Sequence record: MG049919
Length of the DNA stretch: 50,552 bases
From: Shigella phage vB_SflS-ISF001
Strand: one strand, 5' to 3'
Position 1 is the stretch's first letter; each line of letters opens with the position of its first letter. The notes below the pieces were generated by a model. It was not told the DNA's origin, ran no database searches, and worked only from the letters and a program-made list of their open reading frames with translations. Positions 45,206 through 50,552 of this stretch are shown piece by piece. A program made the position numbers and the translations under genes.

Positions 45206-45910
45206 ATGAAATTAATCTGGTCACTATACGACGGTTCTGGTCTTGCAAATCTTGAGCTAGCAAAGCAAGGCCATAAGGTGATGTGCTTCAACTGGGACGG
45301 AGCCGATCACGGAGTTTACGCAAAGTACAACGCCAGGGTTGAGCGTCATAACATTGAGTATGTGAACGTCTTTATTAATGAGAAGTTCGAACGTGATGCT
45401 ACCGCGCCTGTGTATGGCAAGCCTGATTTAATCAGGGCATTTCCTCAATGCACTGACCTGGCTGTTAGTGGCGCTGGTCACTTCGTAAGAAAGCGTGAGC
45501 GAGATCCGTTATTCCAGGAGAAGGCTGTTGCTACCGCCGGGATTGCTGCGAATATTGGCGACTCTCTTGGCGTGACTTACATATTTGAGAATCCGGTGAG
45601 TGTCCTGTCATCTGCCTGGAGAAAACCAAATCACTCCTTCAACCCCTGGGAGTATGGCGGCTATCTTCCTGAGAATGACGCACACCCCAAGTTCCCTATG
45701 TATATTGCGCCGCGCGATCGTTATCCGAAGAAAACTTGTCTTTGGACCTCGGACGATTTTGTCACACCGGAGAAAAAAAAAGTAAGCCTGCCTGACGGGT
45801 ACTCTACGCATCACAGCAAGCAGGGCAGCAAGTCGGTAAAGACGAAGCTGATACGATCCCTGTCGCAGCGTGGATTTTTCCCGGCGATCGCAAATAGCAC
45901 TTTTTGTTAA
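45206..45910 (+). CDS. putative DNA methyltransferase (weak C5-cytosine-like motifs)
   Basis: LYDGSG (motif I-like), FPQCTDLAVSGAG (PC-motif-like), IFENPV (ENV-like); ATG with AGAGGAAG RBS (track ORF from 45137); assignment tentative. Confidence 0.4.
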   Translation: MKLIWSLYDGSGLANLELAKQGHKVMCFNWDGADHGVYAKYNARVERHNIEYVNVFINEKFERDATAPVYGKPDLIRAFPQCTDLAVSGAGHFVRKRERDPLFQEKAVATAGIAANIGDSLGVTYIFENPVSVLSSAWRKPNHSFNPWEYGGYLPENDAHPKFPMYIAPRDRYPKKTCLWTSDDFVTPEKKKVSLPDGYSTHHSKQGSKSVKTKLIRSLSQRGFFPAIANSTFC

Positions 45911-45913
45911 AAC
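45894..45913 (+). promoter_or_regulatory. early promoter cassette
   Basis: ATAGCACTTTTTGTTAAAAC overlapping last codons and stop of methyltransferase-like gene; CATAAT 22 bp downstream. Confidence 0.55.
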
Positions 45914-45970
45914 TCGATCGGTGCGATTTGGCATAATTACCTCATCGAAACGAGATTGAGGAAAAACAAA

Positions 45971-46156
45971 ATGGCACGTCGCATCACTAATGACCTTAAA
46001 GTTCTGAACAAAGTTAACGTAGTTATTATCCAGGTTATTTGGGGATACAACGAAGTGTCAGTAAAGCAGAAGCTAGAGGCTCCTTATGACTTGGCTGTCA
46101 AGGCAATGCCTTCCGACGATCGCAATTTCATTGCAAACTATGTAGCATTCTTCTAA
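45971..46156 (+). CDS. hypothetical protein (61 aa)
   Basis: ATG with GAGGAAAAA RBS (track ORF from TTG 45956); promoter cassette upstream. Confidence 0.45.
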   Translation: MARRITNDLKVLNKVNVVIIQVIWGYNEVSVKQKLEAPYDLAVKAMPSDDRNFIANYVAFF

Positions 46157-46171
46157 TTAACGGGCTAACAA

Positions 46172-46357
46172 ATGAAAACGAAATTAGTGAACAAATCAGA
46201 AATCAAGAACGGCGATACTCTGATTGTCAACGGAGAGTTAAGGACGGTTGATAAGCAGTCAATAGTCAGAGATGAATTTTTGGGTCTGTTGTTGTTCGCC
46301 GACTCATATTGCCTAGGATACTTAAAAGTCGAGCTTGTTGTGGATGTAAAATTCTAA
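46172..46357 (+). CDS. hypothetical protein (61 aa)
   Basis: ORF track; stop immediately followed by 20-mer motif. Confidence 0.4.
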   Translation: MKTKLVNKSEIKNGDTLIVNGELRTVDKQSIVRDEFLGLLLFADSYCLGYLKVELVVDVKF

Positions 46358-46377
46358 ATAGCACTTTTTGTTAAAAC
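46358..46377 (+). promoter_or_regulatory. early promoter cassette
   Basis: ATAGCACTTTTTGTTAAAAC directly after stop codon; TATAAC 22 bp downstream; leader AACCAATCAGGAG. Confidence 0.55.
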
Positions 46378-46432
46378 ACGCCCGGTTAATCAGGGTATAA
46401 CTCCAACATAAACCAATCAGGAGAATGACTAG

Positions 46433-46813
46433 ATGACAGATTCAAATCTTCGGGCAGCAATTGACCGCGCAAATGACAAGCTATTCACAGATGAGTTTTG
46501 CAATCGCCTGCTGGGCGGGATAATGCACCCCAGCAACCGGGTTGTTATCACGCAACGCGATACCGGGATCAGTATCACGGATATCAATACCATTGAAGAG
46601 CATAAAAGCATGATTTCTTATATCTTGCGTTACGACGGATCGGTTGAGTTCGGAAAGCTGGACGGTGACGAGAAGGAGGCTGTCATTGACTTCCTTCTCG
46701 AAAACGTGAGTCTCGTGTTCGAACAGCGACTGGATTACCCAACGACTCGTTGGGATTGCGACATGATGGACGCAAACAACCGTATCCCTGAAATCCTGGA
46801 GGAAAGATTATGA
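46433..46813 (+). CDS. hypothetical protein (126 aa)
   Basis: ORF track; AACCAATCAGGAG leader; promoter cassette upstream. Confidence 0.5.
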   Translation: MTDSNLRAAIDRANDKLFTDEFCNRLLGGIMHPSNRVVITQRDTGISITDINTIEEHKSMISYILRYDGSVEFGKLDGDEKEAVIDFLLENVSLVFEQRLDYPTTRWDCDMMDANNRIPEILEERL

Positions 46814-46983
46814 TCGTATATATCGTTATGGGCGGCGAAACATATGAGGGTCAATATCGAGATACTGTTCACGTTGATTTTAAGAAGGCGAAGCAGTACA
46901 CAAACAGAAACAAGCAACAGATTCGCGGGGGATTTAGCATGTACGACTTAACGACGAATGTTGTGAAGGAAATTACCGAATAG
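46810..46983 (+). CDS. hypothetical small protein (57 aa)
   Basis: Not in ORF track; ATG overlapping upstream stop (ATGA), GGAGGAAAG RBS 6 nt upstream. Confidence 0.45.
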   Translation: MIVYIVMGGETYEGQYRDTVHVDFKKAKQYTNRNKQQIRGGFSMYDLTTNVVKEITE

Positions 46984-46998
46984 CACTTTTTGCTAAAC
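46979..46998 (+). promoter_or_regulatory. early promoter cassette
   Basis: ATAGCACTTTTTGCTAAACG (perfect TAGCA-N5-TGCTA); TATAGT in GGGATGACT/AGTCATCCC hairpin. Confidence 0.6.
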
Positions 46999-47054
46999 GC
47001 TCATCCGGGATGACTGGTATAGTCATCCCATCAACAGCAAGCGAGGAAAGAGTT

Positions 47055-47426
47055 ATGTTTAAGCATTTCACAGATCTGGACAACTCAGCCAGCTTAGCAA
47101 TCCTGACTGCCGAGAAAGAAAGCGAAGCGATCGAGTTCAACGAGCGCAAGACTTACAACACGCAAGAGAAGGTCGTGAGAGCACCTCTAACCGCCTCTTA
47201 TGGTGTGACTGATGCAATCGAGTGCGTTAACCTCGTAACGTGCGTGGTGGACCGTTCGGGCGTGTCTACTTTCGTCGATCCCGACACTGGAGAGAAAATC
47301 ATCCAGCTAAACAACCCATCTATGCGTACTGAGTTAGGCAATATTGCACTGTGGGGAGTTGCTTCCTATTCAATCACCGTCAACACATGTGTAGCGGATC
47401 GTGTTATGGAGGCATTGTATGAATGA
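47055..47426 (+). CDS. hypothetical protein (124 aa)
   Basis: ATG with GAGGAAAGAG RBS (track ORF from 47010); promoter cassette upstream. Confidence 0.5.
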   Translation: MFKHFTDLDNSASLAILTAEKESEAIEFNERKTYNTQEKVVRAPLTASYGVTDAIECVNLVTCVVDRSGVSTFVDPDTGEKIIQLNNPSMRTELGNIALWGVASYSITVNTCVADRVMEALYE

Positions 47427-47619
47427 TAATATTTACCGCGTAGTTGGCATCTCACGCATAACGCAATGGACTGTGATCACTTACATGGGTAGTAGCGCCA
47501 TTGAACGTACGGATGCCACCGAATTATTGAAGAACAACGAGGCAAATATGAACACGTTGCGCGTTCGACTTGAACGCCTCGAGCCTGTTATCAATGATGA
47601 AGCGCGAAAGCTATCCTGA
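47419..47619 (+). CDS. hypothetical protein (66 aa)
   Basis: ATG with GGAGG RBS overlapping upstream stop (track ORF from GTG 47401). Confidence 0.45.
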   Translation: MNDNIYRVVGISRITQWTVITYMGSSAIERTDATELLKNNEANMNTLRVRLERLEPVINDEARKLS

Positions 47620-47636
47620 CTGGTTAAGGGGGAGCA

Positions 47637-47957
47637 ATGAAACACACTTACAAAATCAGAACGAAGTACCCGAAGTTTAACGGAACCACGGATGCGGCAC
47701 TGAATAACGCCGCGGCAATTCACGAAAAAAAGATCACGGAGCCCGTGAAGGCGGTGGTAGGTAGATTCTACGGGATCAATGCCGACATTGCCGACAGCAA
47801 GCGACTGTTCAAATACGTTCCAGGTCTACCATATGGCAGGATGATTAGTATCAAGCATGAAAAAGTATTGGTTCGAATCGGATCCCTAAGCTATGATGAG
47901 TTCGATCATAAACTTTGTCTGCTGACGGCGTATCAAACTTGGGACGGTAAAAAATGA
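47637..47957 (+). CDS. hypothetical protein (106 aa)
   Basis: ORF track; AAGGGGGAG RBS. Confidence 0.5.
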   Translation: MKHTYKIRTKYPKFNGTTDAALNNAAAIHEKKITEPVKAVVGRFYGINADIADSKRLFKYVPGLPYGRMISIKHEKVLVRIGSLSYDEFDHKLCLLTAYQTWDGKK

Positions 47958-48097
47958 TTTATATTCACACTTTCTATACTGGCAAATTTAACAGCGTAAA
48001 AAATGTTCGCGTTTACGATAGCCACCAAACAGCAATGATGCAGAGAGTAGTTCTAGGCGGCACAATCAAAGAGTGCAAAGTAATTTCTGAGTACTGA
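47954..48097 (+). CDS. hypothetical small protein (47 aa)
   Basis: Not in ORF track; ATGA overlap with upstream stop; stop followed by 20-mer motif. Confidence 0.3.
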   Translation: MIYIHTFYTGKFNSVKNVRVYDSHQTAMMQRVVLGGTIKECKVISEY

Positions 48098-48116
48098 TAG
48101 CACGAATAGCTAAAGA
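48098..48116 (+). promoter_or_regulatory. early promoter cassette
   Basis: ATAGCACGAATAGCTAAAG; TATATT in GGGAGTA/TACTCCC hairpin. Confidence 0.55.
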
Positions 48117-48173
48117 CAATCAGCAGGGAGTAAGGTATATTACTCCCACACCAAACAAACAAAGGAATTAAAA

Positions 48174-48398
48174 ATGAGCATTAAAGTTGAGATTATCATC
48201 AAGCTCCTGAACGCGTTAGGCCGTGTAGTTATCAAATTGGATAAGTCTTCCGGTTTTATTTCAATGACGGTAACTAAGACTCGTAACGGTAATAACCTTA
48301 TCGGCACCACGCCAGGCTCCCGCTTAATAAATGCAACAGATGCTGATGCGCGCGCTACGCTTGAGGCTAACACAATTCACATTAATTCATGGAGTTAA
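48174..48398 (+). CDS. hypothetical protein (74 aa)
   Basis: ORF track; AAAGGAA RBS; promoter cassette upstream. Confidence 0.5.
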   Translation: MSIKVEIIIKLLNALGRVVIKLDKSSGFISMTVTKTRNGNNLIGTTPGSRLINATDADARATLEANTIHINSWS

Positions 48399-48401
48399 TT
48401 G

Positions 48402-48614
48402 ATGGAACGGGATAATTTCTCCACTCGTTATAAAGCCGCTCTTGATCGGGGGCTTAGTGCGGAATGGTGTATCAAGGTTGCATATAAAGAAATTACGCAA
48501 CACGTAGAGCTAGGGAATATGGATATGGACGCAGAAAGTGAATATAATCCCGACTCCGAGGTGCCAGACGATGATGTTGGTGATAATGACGACGACGATT
48601 ATATTCCCTGGTAA
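48402..48614 (+). CDS. small acidic protein with SSB-tail-like C-terminus (70 aa)
   Basis: ATG with GGAG RBS (track ORF from TTG 48399); C-terminus PDDDVGDNDDDDYIPW resembles SSB C-terminal DDDIPF. Confidence 0.5.
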   Translation: MERDNFSTRYKAALDRGLSAEWCIKVAYKEITQHVELGNMDMDAESEYNPDSEVPDDDVGDNDDDDYIPW

Positions 48615-48631
48615 ATAGCACGATTTGTTAA
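48615..48631 (+). promoter_or_regulatory. early promoter cassette
   Basis: ATAGCACGATTTGTTAA; TAAAGT 22 bp downstream in AAGGTCA/TGACCTT hairpin; leader AACCAATCAGGAG. Confidence 0.55.
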
Positions 48632-48694
48632 TATTGCCGTAAGGTCATTTGATAAAGTGACCTTATTCAAGATAACCAATCAGGAGTTAACGAA

Positions 48695-49057
48695 ATGAAA
48701 TCCATCAAACTGAAATGCACTTACGCAAATAAAAACTTACCATTTGAAGTAAACAACCTATACAAGGGTCGTGAGCGCTATGATGGCACTCGCGAAGTAA
48801 AATTAAAATGCGGCAAGTATTTAAAACTTGAAAAGCATGATGTTTTACAGATTCACGGATCTGATGAAATCTTCTTCGCGAAGTTCTTTGAGTGGACACG
48901 GAAGACGCTCAAGTGTACCGGGCTTGACCATCGCAACCCAATGAAAAAATCATTCAAAGTTGGCAAGCGTTACCAGGTTGAAAGCGGTCGCGCTCTCGGT
49001 GGCGTAGCTGGTTACATCTTTGATGAAGATGGTTGTCGCTCGCCCCTATTTATCTAA
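48695..49057 (+). CDS. hypothetical protein (120 aa)
   Basis: ORF track; AACCAATCAGGAG leader; promoter cassette upstream. Confidence 0.5.
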   Translation: MKSIKLKCTYANKNLPFEVNNLYKGRERYDGTREVKLKCGKYLKLEKHDVLQIHGSDEIFFAKFFEWTRKTLKCTGLDHRNPMKKSFKVGKRYQVESGRALGGVAGYIFDEDGCRSPLFI

Positions 49058-49114
49058 GAGGTTGGTTTTAGTATCGGAGACGGCACAACCTTTGAGGCCA
49101 AATACTTATAACCA

Positions 49115-49133
49115 ATAGCACTTTTTGCAAAAC
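49115..49133 (+). promoter_or_regulatory. early promoter cassette
   Basis: ATAGCACTTTTTGCAAAAC; TATCAT 22 bp downstream in GGCGGTGTA/TACACCGTC hairpin. Confidence 0.55.
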
Positions 49134-49187
49134 GCGTGTACCATTGGCGGTGTATCATTTACACCGTCAACTAAGGAGTTTATTGTG

Positions 49188-50009
49188 ATGTTTAATATTA
49201 AGCCAAAACTGTTTTACCAACAGATTATTGAGATCGCCAATAGCACTGGAGTTAATCCGGTGGCGATCGCAATTCGTGAAAACAGCTATGGTGACTCAGT
49301 TTCATTTTGGCAAGATCCGATCGATATCAATAGCGGCAACGATAAGTTTCCTCTGATTTCGTTAGGTGGCGATAACCTGGTATTCGAATATGCAAAAGCA
49401 AAGGCCGAGTCTGTACAGTTCCCTGTTTCGTCTGCGTACGCTCATTTCATTGGGTGCATCTCAGCCGCGATGCTCGGGAAGTTTTGGGTGCAATATCACG
49501 GAGAAGAGCAACCTACCGCTCTTTACATGGTAATCAGCCAGCCACCTTCAACAGGTAAATCTGCGATTAACTCCGCAGCGATTACGCCTATGCGCGCAGA
49601 GATTCAGCGACTGAATGAAGAGCGAAAAAAGGAACGTATCCGTTTAACCAGTCAGCTACGTCAGGTCGAGAAGGAAATTAAAAACGACCCGAAGGGTAAC
49701 ACGACGGCGGCGCTGTACGAGGACAAAGAAAAACTGGAAGAAAAGATCAAGAAGATGGCTGATATTGTTTTCGCGGTATCAGATCCTACACCTGAAGGTC
49801 TTGCGAAGGTGGCGGCTGTTCAAGGTCACTTCTCAGTAATCTCTGATGAGGCGACAGCAATCAATACATTGCTCGGACTGAATTATGGCGGTTCTGATAA
49901 GAAATCAAACAGCGAACTTATCCTTAAGGCGTGGGATAAAAACCATATGGAGGTCGCGCGTTCAAACCAAGACAACAACTTACTTCTATCCCCGAACGGT
50001 TCGATCTAG
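49188..50009 (+). CDS. hypothetical protein with degenerate P-loop-like segment
   Basis: ATG with AAGGAG RBS (track ORF from 49125); QPPSTGKSA resembles a degenerate Walker A; coiled-coil Lys/Glu-rich middle. Confidence 0.5.
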   Translation: MFNIKPKLFYQQIIEIANSTGVNPVAIAIRENSYGDSVSFWQDPIDINSGNDKFPLISLGGDNLVFEYAKAKAESVQFPVSSAYAHFIGCISAAMLGKFWVQYHGEEQPTALYMVISQPPSTGKSAINSAAITPMRAEIQRLNEERKKERIRLTSQLRQVEKEIKNDPKGNTTAALYEDKEKLEEKIKKMADIVFAVSDPTPEGLAKVAAVQGHFSVISDEATAINTLLGLNYGGSDKKSNSELILKAWDKNHMEVARSNQDNNLLLSPNGSI

Positions 50010-50020
50010 ACCATTGCGCA

Positions 50021-50552
50021 GGATGAAACAATGTTGGGTATCATGGACGCAGGCCTAAGAGGCATCGGCGTATCTGAGCGTTTCCTTTTAGTTCGTGAGG
50101 AACCACTTTTAGGTACTCGTATTCTTTGTGATGAAAATGGTGATGCGCTGTTTAAGGAAGTCGATCGAGGATTGGTGAGTAAATATTATCGACTCGTACA
50201 CAACATCATGAAAGAGGATAACGTTGTTTTATCTGTAAGCCGTAATGCTATGCGTGAATTAAACCTTGCGCGTCAGGCGATGGAACCGGATTTCGCCGCA
50301 GGTGGGAAATACTCTCACTCAATGCTACGCGGTCATCTCAGCAAGTTCGATAAGCACGCCTTGCGTATTGCTTCAGTTCTCCTAACGATAATGAGTTCGA
50401 GGAGTGAATCACCGAACCGTTCCAACCGTGAGATTGACCATGGAACAATGCAGGAAGCAAAAACCATCTTTAATGAGCTTTCCAGGACTTATCTGTCGCT
50501 TAAAAGCGCTTCCGGGTATGCTGGTGATGATGCTGTATCTCGTAAGCTGATT
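50021..50552 (+). CDS. hypothetical protein, 5' fragment (runs off window end)
   Basis: ATG at 50021, 11 nt after upstream TAG; open to window end. Confidence 0.4.

Noticed and set aside
47868-47885. tRNA-like T-loop sequence GGTTCGAATCGG
   Set aside because: Lies inside coding ORF 47637-47957 and has no complementary acceptor or T-stem; no tRNA cloverleaf can be drawn.
735-49130. Reading the TTGYTA half of the 20-mer as an ordinary sigma70 -35 element
   Set aside because: The -10-like hexamer is consistently 22 bp away, outside the functional 16-18 bp sigma70 spacer; the motif more likely acts as an operator or activator site.
1-50552. Temperate-lifestyle or integrative element features (integrase, CI-like repressor, attP)
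   Set aside because: No integrase or recombinase-like ORF and no repressor/operator switch seen; gene content fits a virulent T1-like phage.

Overview
The window reads as a near-complete genome of a virulent T1-like (Drexlerviridae-type) siphovirus of an enterobacterial host; both ends fall inside plus-strand genes. Everything here is from reading the sequence and the ORF track by eye: no searches were run, and hand-placed coordinates may be off by 1-2 bp. Layout: (1) 1-1021, small rightward genes; (2) 1035-7954, leftward lysis cassette (u-spanin, GH24 endolysin, holin), HTH-metallophosphoesterase, Dam-type methylase, VRR-NUC nuclease and SF2 helicase; (3) 8048-11382, rightward HTH regulator, zinc-ribbon primase-like protein and a tail fibre with a C-terminal chaperone domain; (4) 11411-13656, leftward recombination module (exonuclease, annealing protein, SSB); (5) 14184-15373, a rightward two-gene unit converging on gene J; (6) 15468-35499, the leftward late operon with a lambda-like tail (V, G/T, H, M, L, K, I, J), connectors, capsid, decoration, scaffold, MuF, portal, TerL and TerS; (7) 35584-44503, about 28 small leftward early genes; (8) 45206-50552, small rightward early genes. 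No integrase, repressor, tRNA, rRNA or CRISPR array was seen. The strongest non-coding signals are a palindrome-containing 20-mer (TAGCA-N5-TGCTA plus an AAAAC flank) present in at least 25 intergenic copies and organising stereotyped promoter cassettes, two iteron-rich divergent control regions sharing a 19-mer, and a late operon punctuated by many intrinsic terminators. Protein-level candidates worth follow-up are a small protein ending in an SSB-tail-like motif, a split kinase/phosphatase pair, an HTH-phosphoesterase fusion, and a secreted-protein module next to J.
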